This document shows, one piece after another, positions 26,671 through 39,916 of a DNA stretch of 64,000 nucleotides. A program made the translations under genes and the position numbers. Every line of letters begins with the position of its first letter. The stretch's first letter is position 1. Source of the DNA: Podarcis cretensis. Taxonomy: Eukaryota. A model generated the notes under the pieces. The model saw nothing but the letters and a program-made list of their open reading frames with translations, was not told the DNA's origin and made no database searches. Location: NCBI GenBank assembly GCA_951804945.1, contig OX638151.1, positions 70,866,001-70,930,000 on the forward strand, written 5' to 3'.

Positions 26671-26865
26671 GTTACAGGTAGGTAGCCGTGTTGGTCTGCC
26701 ATAGTCGAAACAAAATAAAGAAAAATTCCTTCCAGTAGCACCTTAGAGACCAACTAAGTTGGTTATTGGTATGAGCTTTTGTGTGCAAGTGTGCATGCAC
26801 ACGAAAGCTCATACAAATAACAAACTTAGTTGGTCTCTAAGGTGCCACTGGAAGGATTTTTTTTT
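26671..26865. mobile_element. Penelope-like retroelement terminal remnant forming a long palindrome
   Basis: acaggtaggtagccgtgttggtctg start and about 65-bp inverted arms (ccttccagtagcaccttagagaccaactaagtt / aacttagttggtctctaaggtgccactggaagg). Confidence 0.7.
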
Positions 26866-28261
26866 TTGGTTAGGAATTCCATAATGTGTGAAGATTATGC
26901 AAGTGTCTGTTTCATCAGCTGTACACTTGGCAGGGTGCATCTTTGTAGGAAATATACGCATGAACTGGTCCCTAGAGAATCTTGGACAACAGAGCTAGGA
27001 AAGACAGGAAGGGGTCAGGTCAGGGGTGGGGGGTACCTGAGGGCTACCTGCTGTCCTAAGCAACCTCCCATGGGTCGCATACCAGTAGTGGGCAGAGCCA
27101 GAGGAAAAAGGGGGCGAGGCAGCAGATGGAACTCTTAATTTTGCCCAGTTGGCTACACACATCTCTCCATCCCCCATCTAAGTAAGAATGAAACATCATC
27201 AGAGCTGAAGGACTCATTCCAGCCAGGCGAAAGCACAGGAAAAGGACAGAGAGAAAGGTAGGTGGCTTGGGGAGTAGGTGGTGGCCTGGGGAAAGTCGTG
27301 AGAACCAGATGGGGAAGTCAGTATAACAAGCAGAGATCCTTACAGCTATTCCAGTTCATCTTTCCTGCCCCCCTTTTTTAAAGAAACCCTTGAGACAAAG
27401 TCACAAAAAACATTTTTTAACACAAAACTGCCACAAGGAGCCTGTGAACAATGCATTCGAAATATCTAAGCATCTGCGAGTAAACTAGCAAAAAATATTT
27501 CCATATGCAACTTGCAGAGCCCATTTTTAATGAGATGGCAGACCCGAAGCAAACTACTACTGCTAGGCTTAGGTTGTGCTACTATAATATCCACAGTATT
27601 TGGTGGGGCTTACTGCAGATTGGGCAGTATATGTACTGATTCTTCAGAAGATGCTATTATGAAACTAGAGGTGAGTTTGAAAAATTACTTCTAGAAACCT
27701 ACTGGCTGCCTGATCTCAACTAAGCTGTTTTTGTATTAGCAATTTATGGTGGAGAAGAGGTGCATATTTAGGGCCATGGCAGAGACTCAGCTCTGCGTTC
27801 TAGTCTTGGTATTTTCCCTTGTCCTAATCTGGGGCTAAAGAATGGACAATTTACAGCCACAGTTAAATCCATGAAACAGAAGAGCCCGCTATTTCTCAGT
27901 GGCAATTGACTAGCATCACTTCTCATCACAATACCATGCACCATCCCTCATTTTTTCAAAACTTATTTTGCCCAGAACAAGTACAGATTTATCCACACAG
28001 TTAAAACTGTTCAAAGCAGGGGGTTCTGCAGCATAGGATATGACCCGAGGAAATTAGCTTTTAAATTTAATTAGCTCCCACTTCTGTGTAACATGTCAGA
28101 ACTAGTTAGCACAACTACCAACAGGAAAACAACCCCAGACGCTGTGCTTTGTTTTGTTAGGACACTGTCCTACCTTGTCTAGAAATCAGTGCAGTGACCA
28201 GTTCTTCTCACTGACAGCCCCCAACCCACACAGGACAAAACAGATTAAAGTTTAAGTTATT

Positions 28262-28267
28262 TTTATT
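28262..28267 (-). terminator. DCBLD1 proximal polyadenylation signal
   Basis: AATAAA on the - strand about 205 nt after the stop, with upstream TGTA and a downstream GT-rich tract (tctgttttgtcctgtgt). Confidence 0.65.
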
Positions 28268-28471
28268 AAATTAAAAATGTATGTACACATTGCACAATGT
28301 TAGAGTGGAGCACCAATATCGCAGCTGCAGAGAATTGACTGCCTGAAGACTCTACTGCAAAGGCAGCAACGAACAGCTTTCACTCCTCAGCCAAGAGCAA
28401 ATTTTGTTTTGCTCTAAATCTAATCCAGTGCTTTAAACATTATGGCAGTGAGTTTCCGCTGATCCTTAAGG

Positions 28472-28986
28472 TTACAGAAGAGCTGTCATTGCAGTCTGAT
28501 TTACCGGTTTTAGGCAGTATCTGGGTGTCGAATAGCCCTCATCTGTCAATAAACTGGTTTGGGGCTTCTGATAGCCAGTATTGTAGTCAAGTGTGGGCAA
28601 GGCTTTCATTTTTGGCTTGTCATACTCCTTCTGACTTTGTGGTGTTTGATAATCTTCACTCCCCGTTTCAGTCTGGCACAAGGCAGTGAAAGTGCCTGTG
28701 GAAAGGGAACATTTATGCGCAGCAGAAGCAGTAGGAATGTTATAGCAGCTCTCTGAAGGAAAAGCGTTTTCTCTTCCTACGTGTCGCTCTATAATAGGAG
28801 TGGCGTATTCAGGCTCGTGGTTGGTCAAAGGCAGTGCATAATCGTGCCGATTTGCTCTCTGTGGGCAGTGGTAATGGTTCCCAGTCTCGACGCTACCTTT
28901 TTTCTCATTCTCTGTGTCCATGGGTCTGAAAGTGGATCCCTTTCGGGTTACTGTCCCAGTTCCTATCATGAGAGGCTGTTGATAAT
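28472..28986 (-). CDS. DCBLD1: DCBLD1 exon 15 coding part (DYQQPLMIGTGTVTRKGSTFRPMD...NQTAMTALL*)
   Basis: atctag|ATTATC; 515 nt to TAA; ORF 28472..29011; multiple YxxP motifs. Confidence 0.97.
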
Positions 28987-30190
28987 CTAGATGGGAAACA
29001 GAAAGAATCACATCAGAATCTCAGATCACACCAAATACTAGATGCCACCTTAATTTGTGCTGAGCAATCTGCTATATTATTTGCCTTCTCCCAGAAAGAA
29101 ACTGTTACTGCTCCTACAGGAGACAGATATTTTTTCTGTTATCCCTGAGTCGTCTGACCAAGGGATATTATTTCCCAACTGCAGCAAAGAAAATTCAAGC
29201 AAGTACTTTGAATCAAATGTGGGTGGACTGTCAAGGCAATTAATTAACTTGAATAAGCTAAAATTAAGCACATTTCCAGGATGCTTCAAATATGTATTTT
29301 AAGTTCAAGACAAGAACAAATAGGAAGCATACTGACTCATGTTTTATGTTTGTGTCAATGGGCATTTTTAATTCATTATTTGCAATGCCCTATGGCAACA
29401 AGCAATAAATATTTATAAGAATCGTAAGATTTTCCTTGGAGTACTCCTGCCTCCATGCACAAATTTTATTAGAGACCATTTGTTTTTCCCCTGCCATCTC
29501 GCCACAAGATCAAACCATCCTTCTCGCTCTACTGACAAACCCAGTCTTCAGTCTATCAAAGGTCAAAAAGAGATTCCTACATTAGATCCTTAGTAGAGCA
29601 ATAGCTATTGATTATACAAGCTACATGAGCCATGTGCAACAGAAAGAAAAAAATGTGCACTATAATGTTAGAGTTACTAAGCAAGAAAACATGCACACAA
29701 TTGTCAAATTTATCCACCATCCTATCTAAAAGGATGGTACCACAAATTACAGCTAAACTCCAAAAAGCTACTAGTCATGATAGCTATGTTCTGCTCCCAC
29801 TGTTAGGGCAGTATGCCTCTGGATAGCCAATGCTAGGAATAATAGAAAGTCAGGCAAAATGCTCATGTCAAGCTTGCAGGCTTTGCAAAGGCATCTGTGA
29901 GAATGGGATGCTGGGCTAGAGGGGCCTGACTGAGAAATCTCTTCTTAACGTCTTTGATATCACACATGGGTAACCTGATGAGGAAAAATGTTGGAATGCC
30001 AAAGCCATTACTCTACAGGTATCTGGAAGAAGAATGCCAACAGTTTTATGTGAACACACTGGCAGGGCAATAATAGAAATATGATAAATAAATTTAAAAA
30101 TGGTACAAGTTCTATTCTGCCAATCCTTACGGATGGGCAAACTAAGCCTGTTCTTTACGTTTCTTACGTGCTACATAGGGATTGTTTTCA

Positions 30191-30421
<231 letters not shown>

Positions 30422-31281
30422 TCAGACTGTGTTGGAAAGGATGACATGTAATAGACTTAGGGTTAAAAGAAGCTTGCATTAGCAGAGATCAGTCTATCTA
30501 TACAGAGCACATAGGGCTAAATCCTGACAACTATCTTCCCTTCCATCCTGCAGCTGCTTGTGTTCCTCACAAGTCACCCTTGAGAGCTGGAATGAAGGGA
30601 GATATTGGGGGTGAGAGCTGCAGTGCGTGTGCGTGTGTCCGTGCATGTGTGTGTGAAAAAAATCAGCAGAAGCTCATCTAGTATGGTCACACAAGGGACT
30701 CTCTGATCCCAGCAATTTATCATCTTGACGTTCTCTTGGAGTCATGAACACACTTAATTTTAAATCAGCTGCTTTGCTGATCATTTTTGGATCTCCCTCC
30801 CCAATAACGCATCTCAACAGCAGTGCACTGTTGAATTTCAAAGCAAAGCTAAATTTGGACTTGGTGAGCATCTCATGGAAGCAGGCCCGCAAGGGAGAAG
30901 GGAACAAGAGTGTGATATCAAAAAACACTGACCCAAAACTTTTAATGAAAATGGTTCCACAAAACCCTTTTCCTATTAAATTATCCCCTGGTAGAGATTG
31001 ACATGGATAATGGATGCATGATCCAAGCCATCCAGATTAAGCCACAGTGATTCCAAGGATCAGGAAGTACTAAGCACAGGAAACTGTTGCTGGCTGCTGT
31101 CAATGACTGCTCCAGTTCCACCCATCCATTACATATATTAAAAGTTATTGTGCTATTTGCGTGTAAGATCCTTAAGGGGAATTAGTCCCACTGCACACAA
31201 AGATATTGTTACAACTACATAAACATTTCCCTTTCTCATTATTGTCAGATGATGAACAAAACCACGATTTTTACCACCCAC

Positions 31282-31331
31282 CTGGTTTCCCGGTGTCGTA
31301 TGAGCCATAAGCACCTCCTTTCTTTCCTCTC
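31282..31331 (-). CDS. DCBLD1: DCBLD1 exon 13 (juxtamembrane: RGKKGGAYGSYDTGKP)
   Basis: ttatag|GAGAGG...CCAG|gtgggt, 50 nt, phase 2/1; basic stop-transfer residues. Confidence 0.88.
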
Positions 31332-32718
31332 CTATAATGAAGAACAGCAACAATAGCACTTGGCTTCAGTCAGTTCCATTGAACCAGTGACTGTCAACTC
31401 CTATTGACTGTCTAGGCTAGATTTTCAGGCACTGATCTTCCCCAGCTTTGCTACTAGAGGCACTGGGTGTCCCTTGGAGACGGAGACCTGGGTCTTTATG
31501 CTGAACCCTGGATCTACCGCCCCTTTTGAAAACTTAAGAAAATGCTTACAGGGTAGCTAGGCACAATGCAAAGCAGAATACTGGTGAGACCCATCCACTC
31601 ACCATCCTGATTTGCTGAATGAGTTGGGCAAGGGTGTGTGTGTGGGGGGTTAGGGTTCTTTCAGTTTCCATATATAGAAATTTCCATATAGAAATTCCTG
31701 CCAGGTAGGGCAGAGAGACCAACCCACATAAAATAGAATGATGGCAAGAGCCAGAGTAAGTTCCTTTCCCTTTGAAAATCAGACTAAATTTGTATAATGT
31801 AAATATGCATTAACGTAGGCATATTTGTTTCATGGGCTTGTGCTCCAAATCTTTCTAATTACTCAGTAATGCCCCTGACAGGTGCCATCGGAATCTACAG
31901 ACTGTGCCTAAAATTACTAGCAAATCATTATTTTTCTGGTGGCCAACTACAAAGACCAACCATACTACAATTTCATTCCTAAGTAAGGATGTTTAGAAAT
32001 GCAGGCTTAAATGAATTGCAGGTTGTGTTTAAGCACTTAAAGCAATGAACTACTAATAGTGGACTGCTTTCCTTTGGGGTGCAACTACAAGACAGTCTTG
32101 TAGTTCTTCCTTGTTTTATATTTATAAAATGGTGGGAATGGACTTTGCAACTGGTTAGAAAGAGAGAGGAAGAAAGTGCACCGCCCACGAGCCTTTTGCA
32201 TAGGTCATCTCTTTCCCGATCAGAAAAGCCCTCAGGTGAGGAATGAATCATTGTGGAAATCTTTCTGCTGTTTTTCATGGAACTTCCTATTTTAGCTCGC
32301 TTGTCTCTAAAAGGCTGGAAGACTCCTTCCGTGAAGAGAGCCACCGTTTCCCATTCCCTGCAATTCATGGGGACATCAGCTGGGAGAAGGAGCTCATTGG
32401 ACGAGCCGGAGCACAATGAGGAGCTGGCGAGGGGACTTGAGGAAGCCCAGGCGGCACAATTTGAAATGCCGGTGATTAAGCTTGGGACTTTGTATTAATA
32501 ATGCAAATACAGTTATAGGTTTTGGTCATAGCATTTTTCCTCTTCTGCTGTAAAACCACTGAAGGCAATAATCAGGTGTATTCCTGTTAGCTGGTAAATC
32601 TGCCAGTTACTCTTTAACCTACTAAACAGCTAAGGAAAAGGCTGTTATGTGTCCAAATACCACCACAAGAATTTTTAAGCTTTTCAACTCTGAAGGGGGA
32701 GAAGTGAGAGTTACATAC

Positions 32719-32809
32719 TTTCGTACAACAGCATAGATACCAATTCCAGATATCAGGAACAGCAAAAGCACCACTACTACTGGAACGATTATGGTAGTGA
32801 GATTCAGTC
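32719..32809 (-). CDS. DCBLD1: DCBLD1 exon 12 (transmembrane: GLNLTTIIVPVVVVLLLFLISGIGIYAVVRK)
   Basis: tttaag|GACTG...CGAAA|gtatgt, 91 nt; hydrophobic helix of about 23 aa. Confidence 0.94.
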
Positions 32810-33636
32810 CTTAAAAAGAAATGAAGATAAAAAGTTACAATGTACTGAAAACCCAGCTGAAAAACTAGCTTGAGGGCTGGACTACATATCACATAGTACT
32901 AGTATATAGGGGGGAGTATGTAGAACCCAGGAAACAGTGAGACTTAATTCACATTATTGAATCCTGGCTTAACAAGCAAGGATATGCATGACCTCCTTGC
33001 ACCCTTTGCTCCCATTTCACTCCTCCCTTCACATGAAACAGGGGTGGGGAGCTGCTGTTAACCATGGCTTCTTGTTACGTACAAGCCAGGAATTGTGCAC
33101 AATGGATTCCAAACAAGCCAAGTTTTGAAAGTCATTAGCCACAGTTTCTAGCTTGCATGTAGTAGGAAGCCATGGTTAACTGAGGCCTTCTTCTTGGTTT
33201 CTTTCCCCATTTGCACAAGGGAAAGAGTGCAGCAAGAGGAATGTGGTTGCATCTGGGTGCAGAAGGCTTGCCCATAACCAGGCTTAACTTACGATTTGAT
33301 TATGTGTTCCACTGTGTTGAATACCACTCCGTGTGCTCAGACCTGCACCCACTTTAGATCGGTATTAAGCATTGGATACCTCTCAAGCCTTGTATATATC
33401 CAGAACACAAGACACTGTTTCTGGTCATTTGGCCCTCATAAAGTAAAAAACCATGTAGCAAAGACAGGAATGTGCCCTGCCAACCTCACCCCCAATGAAT
33501 CACATTTTGTTCCCAGGCATTTGAAAACTGGGGTTCAAAAAGGTGGTTTAGAAATAGGTTCGCATTATCACTTCTGAAAAGTTGTCAGAGTCTGTGGTAG
33601 GAGTTGTGCTAAGACTTTCGCCGTTCATTAAGGTTA

Positions 33637-33801
<165 letters not shown>

Positions 33802-33824
33802 TCAAAACATTTGAAGGGCATTCA

Positions 33825-34097
<273 letters not shown>

Positions 34098-36759
34098 TCA
34101 CAGAGGATAAAAATCAACAGCAGCCTGTGTTGATTCACTGGGGGATGGCGAGGAAAGACCTCAACCCTCCAGAGTTTAAAGCTCTTCCTCCAATATGTAG
34201 GCAGTCCTAAACTGGAGCAGTACAGCAGTAAAAAGAGGGTTTGTGACCAGCTGAGCAGCTAGTTGCGCAACCAGGCTCAACTCCAAGCCGTCCAAGGCCA
34301 GCAAGGAGTAGTTAACTCTTCCTCCTCCTTCAGATTGTGGCAGAGTTTGAGGCCGGATGCACAGCAAGCTGTAGAGTCAGCACTATACCACTTGAATTCA
34401 ACTGGTAGAGCCAGTCTCAGCCTAACAACTGAAGGGAAGGCTTTAGCCCTGTACAATTCTAGCACAATTCTCCCCCCCCCCACCATTACTGGTGCCTGTT
34501 TCCTCTCCTCAACACAGCATTAATCAATGCCACTCTTTTACTATTTCTAAAACTGTTTTCCTGCAACAAGTCCTCCTCCCACTTCACAAACAGTGGAATG
34601 GGCGTGTGCAAAGTAATACCCTTCTCCCCTGCACACTGCCCCTCCATGTGTGCAGGTACTCCATGCCCTGTCTGTTGTGGGTGATCCTGCTTCACAGCCC
34701 TGCTGGTTGGCATGGGCCCATCCACTTTGCTAGTAAAGGGAATTAAGTATCGGAAACTTCAGTGTTCTAGGATTGGAAGAGCAGCACATTTCTCATTTTA
34801 GATTTAAAAAGTAATGCCACCAAAGAATGCTATCCAGCTGGTAATCCCCCATGGACAGAAACTTTGATCCAGCAGAGCCTTCTGTCGGCAGAACAGGGAT
34901 CAAGATGATCTTTGGCAAATGCCTCCTCACCCCTGCAGTCTCTCCATTCCCCTAAGATCAACTTCTGAGAGTTGGAGGAAGTTTTGGAACTGTGTGGGGG
35001 TGGAGACACACGGGGATCTGCAAGGGAAGGAGAAATTGCCAAAGAAGCCGGAGCGATGGGGAGATGGCTGTTTTATTTTTCTCAAAGTGTTCTTGAGATT
35101 TTCTTCTGACAGGACAGTACTTATCAGCACTGCCGGTGGAAAGCAAGATAAACATACTACTTCTTTTAAATTAATACCATTAAAAAACCCTCTCTTTTTA
35201 TAATTCTTTGTATAAGGTTTCACAGAAGGCCTAATATTAATTACAATCATATGTTGATATCCCATACTTTTTTTCAACTATGTGGAATACAGCGCTTTTG
35301 AAGTATCTTTGCAGCAGATTCCCATGTTGTGCAATGCAGCTAACTCAGTAATAAAAAAAAAAACTCCAAAACGAGTATATGATGCTGGGAGATAATAATT
35401 TCTCCAGATTTGATCTCTAACTTGCCCTTTGTATTTAGGGGCAAAAAAGTAAGTTTCTCTCACTAAGCTGTAAGCAAACTCTGAGACTTTATCAGAGAGT
35501 TTGCTTGCAGAGTGTTTGCTTTATCTCCTACTGATAAAGGCTGAGCTTCTCCAATTCCTATCGTAGGTCAAATGAGCAGGAGTCCATGCCTCTTCTAGAC
35601 TGATTCATGGAGCTGAAAAAGGGCATGGGAATGTAGATGTGCACTTGAAAACACATCCCACATTTAAAGTGCATCTCCCCTGTAAAGAATCATGGGAACT
35701 GTAGTTTAACCTTGACAGAGCTACAATTCCCAGCACCCTTAAACTACAGTTCCCGGGATTCTTTGTGGGGGCAGATGTGCTGCACACCATCACAGAGCAA
35801 ACCTTGGAAGTAATTCCCACTGCTTTCAATGGCCCTTAGTTTATTGTAAGGTGTGCTCAGGATTGCAGCCTTAATATTCTGCATATATCCCTGCCACACC
35901 TTATCAGATCCTTGTGCAATTACAACCTTGTGCTAGAAACCAGAAAAGTCCTGCTTTCAAGACAAGGGGAGAAGGGGAAATAAAATGGAAGATTTCTAAC
36001 ACTTAAAAGTTTTAAACATAGATTGAAAAAAGCTGCTCCACCACAAGCAGTAGTTTCACAGAAAATACTTCTCAAATAATGTTAAAGTATATGCAAAATC
36101 AGCTCACAATACAAGCAGCTCTTCCCCGCCCCCACACCGTAGGTTGTGAGTGAAGATTTTAAAAATACAGATTGTTATCTACAGGAGGGCAAATAACAGT
36201 CTAAGATTTGAGGGGCAAGTAGCTGCTGCATCACATATAGGTGTCCCTGAAAACAATCCGATCTGCTTCCCCCACAGTGAAATTTGAAGAAGAAAGAAGG
36301 CTCTGTCCGTGGGGTGGGTGGATGTATGTATATGCAAAAGCATATTTTACTGTACCTATAAAGAAAGAAAATGGCAAAGAGGGCACTTTAGTACACTGTC
36401 CTGCTTCTTCTCATAGCCCAAATAATATTTTTTTCCGGCCAAACTGCTCATCCAGCTTCCTCTAGTGAAGAGGAATCTCTAGCTTCCTTACAAATGTTTT
36501 CAAATGAAATCATTTCTCCATGGCGAAACTAGACTGGAGCCTTCTGAAAGTAAGGGACAGGGCAAATTACCCAAGTCACAACTAAACCTAGACAACACAA
36601 CGTGTGCAATGAAGGTGCTGAAAACCCATTGGAGTAAACAAGATTTGAGTATAACAATCCAGTAGCTCCAGCTGTCTGCAAAGGATGAAAGATGGAAGTT
36701 GGGCTGCAGGAAAACACCGCCCCCCTCCCCGGCAACCACCATTTCCCCCTTGCCCTTTA

Positions 36760-37005
<246 letters not shown>

Positions 37006-37548
37006 TTATATCTGCAGCAAAATTAAGAAATGTCGCCACCTGAAAACCTTTCGCTTTCTACTATATTATTTGTAAAGGCATCCTCAGATGTACATGCTAG
37101 GGCTCTCCCACTGTCAATAGTGATAGGGGAAAGGCTCTCTTGCACTTGTGAAGCTCATCTGGAACATCACACTTGCACAGGCTCTGGATCGCAAGAATCA
37201 TTTTTACAGGCAAGTGTCTCTAGTGAGCACACCACAATCTACAAAACCGATAATGAAAGCTAATTAATATTTGAACAGACATGCTCTCCCCTCCTTTTGC
37301 ATTGGCCATTTGTCCAGCAAAACTGCAAAAGCATGCCAGCAACATGGACTCAAGAAACAGTTGCAAAAATGGGACAAAATGGAAACGGGGTGGTTAGGTC
37401 AGCCTCAGTTATGTCCATAGAAGAAGTGGGATGGTTATAGGTCTGCTGGAGTAGAAGTGAGGCCACATCCCACCCCTCTTTGACCACTGAATAGCTACCA
37501 TGTGACGGGTGAATCAGATTCAGGTAAGCTGCTGAGTGGGATCTCAGC

Positions 37549-37549
37549 A

Positions 37550-37602
<53 letters not shown>
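37549..37602. repeat. (TAA)n microsatellite
   Basis: About 17 perfect units; explains the poly-Tyr ORF. Confidence 0.97.
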
Positions 37603-37605
<3 letters not shown>

Positions 37606-39216
37606 CCAGGCCTCCAGCTAATTACACAGGTGTTTCTGTAATGTGGAAAGGGTCCCCATATCCAAGTGTGCAGTGGCTCATCTGAAATTGGGGTGCCAAT
37701 TATAATTACATTTAACATTTATCCTGCAATTGTGTGTGTGGTTTTTCTTACTCAAAAGCAAGCAAAGGGAACCCAATCCAAAACAGGACTGCAGTGCACA
37801 AAGAGTCATGCCACCCTCTCCCCAAAAGGTTCATACCTCTTTCAGCAGCTACTGATATTAAAAAAGAAACTTTAAAATCCCTATTGGTGTTATTAGGAGG
37901 TGTGTTTGAGAAAGGAGGAGGGAGTCTTAGGGAGCATCACAGTTGGGGAGGAAAGGATTAAACCTAATCCTAATCCACGTCACCCCCTATGCACAAAAGA
38001 AAAGAGCACATGCACAGCTGCAGCCTGAAGCTTATGTATTAAAAACACAATGCATAGTTTGATCAAATCCAGAATAGAACTACACTCTCATCACCAATCA
38101 TGGTAACAGTGAATGTTGTCCCTAGTTGTTGGGTATCGGCAGAAGATGTGAGATGTGGAACAATGGGAGGTGGTGGGGCACATGTGAGAGTGTGTAAGGC
38201 AGGGCATGGGCAGATGTGGTTGCATTTGTGTAAGCATGGCTCTTTGTGTGAATAGTGGCAAAAGAACCATATTCAGGATGGGACTAAGTGTCCTTTATCA
38301 GGGCCCTGCAAATAAATTCTCACCCAGTGTTGTGCAACCTGTTATCTGGGTGCAGCAATTGGTGCCCTACTCCCCTGCCCCCAGCCTTAAGCTATTATTT
38401 ACAAGAACAGCAAGTCCTAGACTTCCAGCATAGTATGGCAGGCATAAGGGAAAACATCTAAGGTGCTCCTGATAAGATCAAATTGAGGAATATATGAAAA
38501 GAATGGAGCCTCATTAACAACCCAGAAGAATTCATATATATTTAGTTTTGTTTGTCTAAAAGCTTTAGAAGAACACAATTATAACCAACGACAAGATTCC
38601 AAAAAGACGATAGAAGATGCAAGTATGAGGAATTCCTTTCTGCATTTCAATGATAAAGGCTTATTAGCTGTTGATAAGAAGAGGACCTCAGCCCCATTGG
38701 GCCTTCTGCAATTTATCGAACCATAAAATATTTCCCATTTGGTTACTGGAAAGGCATATTGCTCCTGAACTGCAGCTGTGTGGGCAGTAAAATTTGGCCT
38801 AAAGGCCTTTCGGGGGGGGGGGGGTGTTTTTCAATTGGTCTTTGCTAGTTTTAACAACTCAATGTTGCAAGTACCTACATTTTACTCAGAGTAGACCCAT
38901 TGCAATTCATGGTCCTAAGTAAGCAATGTCCATTAATTTCAACAGGTCTACTCCAAGTAGGATTAACATTGGATACAACCCTTAGTTGTTGTTGTTTTTT
39001 GGCAGAAAGTACTTGTTGCAGTGTTACGAGACATATATACATTACATTTGTAAATAGCCCTTGCTCGGAGTACCATTTGAAACCTCACTTAAAACCTGAG
39101 GAAATCTAGCTTACAAGAACAGTAAGCAAGCTGCATAGGGTCACAACCGATAACTGAATGACACTAAACTTAAATCTAACTTAAGAGACGTACTCTTGCT
39201 ATGACAGACAACTGAC

Positions 39217-39432
39217 CTGTTATTCTTCTCCTTTCTCCCAGGTCAATTTCTAGCCACTGCCGAGAGTTGCTCTGGTTTGCTGCCCAGGAAGGCCCTTGGA
39301 CTTTGAGCCAGGCCCTAACAGGAGACCACGGAACCACCTCCCCAATGTCATTGGTTTCATCCCAGAATGATGACGCCGTGATCTGACCATCGGATGCATT
39401 TTGTCCTTCTAGGTTCAGTGATTGATTGCAAC
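39217..39432 (-). CDS. DCBLD1: DCBLD1 exon 8 (discoidin N-part: GCNQSL...QITASS...WLEIDLGERRRIT)
   Basis: tggaag|GTTGC...ACAG|gtcagt, 216 nt; ORF 39176..39439. Confidence 0.95.
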
Positions 39433-39875
39433 CTTCCAAAGTGAAAAAAAGGGAGGAAAGTGTATTTTCAGATAATGGTATTAACTATGACTATAATCAT
39501 CAACCTAGAAGACTTGATTAATTTTCCCCCAAATATCATTAAGAGTTTCTGAAAATGCTTTCTTTCTCTACTCACCAATGAGCCCTAGCCTAACTCCAGT
39601 AAACAAAAGAATTTGATCTATGTTATAATAACTTGTTTTTAATATTTGCTTTTATCATTATTATTTTTAAATGAATATTTTAGATAGGTTCTTTGTAAAC
39701 TACTTGGAGATCTCCTGTAAAGTAAGTGGTATATACATTCTTCATTAACAAGCAAACAAAATAAAGTAGTTCATTGTATTCAGCCCCAAATTGTATTTAT
39801 TTTAATTGGAGAGTGCTTTGGCTTTTCCTGGATTATGCATTAATAATGTCTAAAATGAAAAAAAAATAGCCTTAC

Positions 39876-39916
39876 CATTTGAGTTAAAAATAATCCGCTT
39901 ATCTGACAGAGAGCCA
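39876..39916 (-). CDS. DCBLD1: DCBLD1 exon 7 (GSLSDKRIIFNSN)
   Basis: ttacag|TGGCTCT...AAATG|gtaagg, 41 nt; phases fit both neighbours. Confidence 0.92.

Noticed and set aside
28472-28490. Idea that the DCBLD1 C-terminus (MTALL) is a ligand for the neighbouring GOPC PDZ domain
   Set aside because: GOPC binds class I S/T-X-hydrophobic termini, and position -2 here is Ala. Gene adjacency alone is not evidence of interaction.
31598-31640. Strong GTGAGT donor on the - strand as a candidate DCBLD1 exon 13
   Set aside because: No matching acceptor or homologous peptide was found. The 50-nt exon at 31282-31331 fits both phase and expected sequence.
32935-33290. Imperfect palindromes with aaccatggctt/aagccatggtt motifs (also at about 62240-62620)
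   Set aside because: Probably old DNA-transposon remnants. Boundaries and TSDs could not be defined, so they are not reported as features.
37350-37718. Poly-Tyr ORF, and the ERKK, VC and SL repeat ORFs elsewhere
   Set aside because: They are microsatellite translations.
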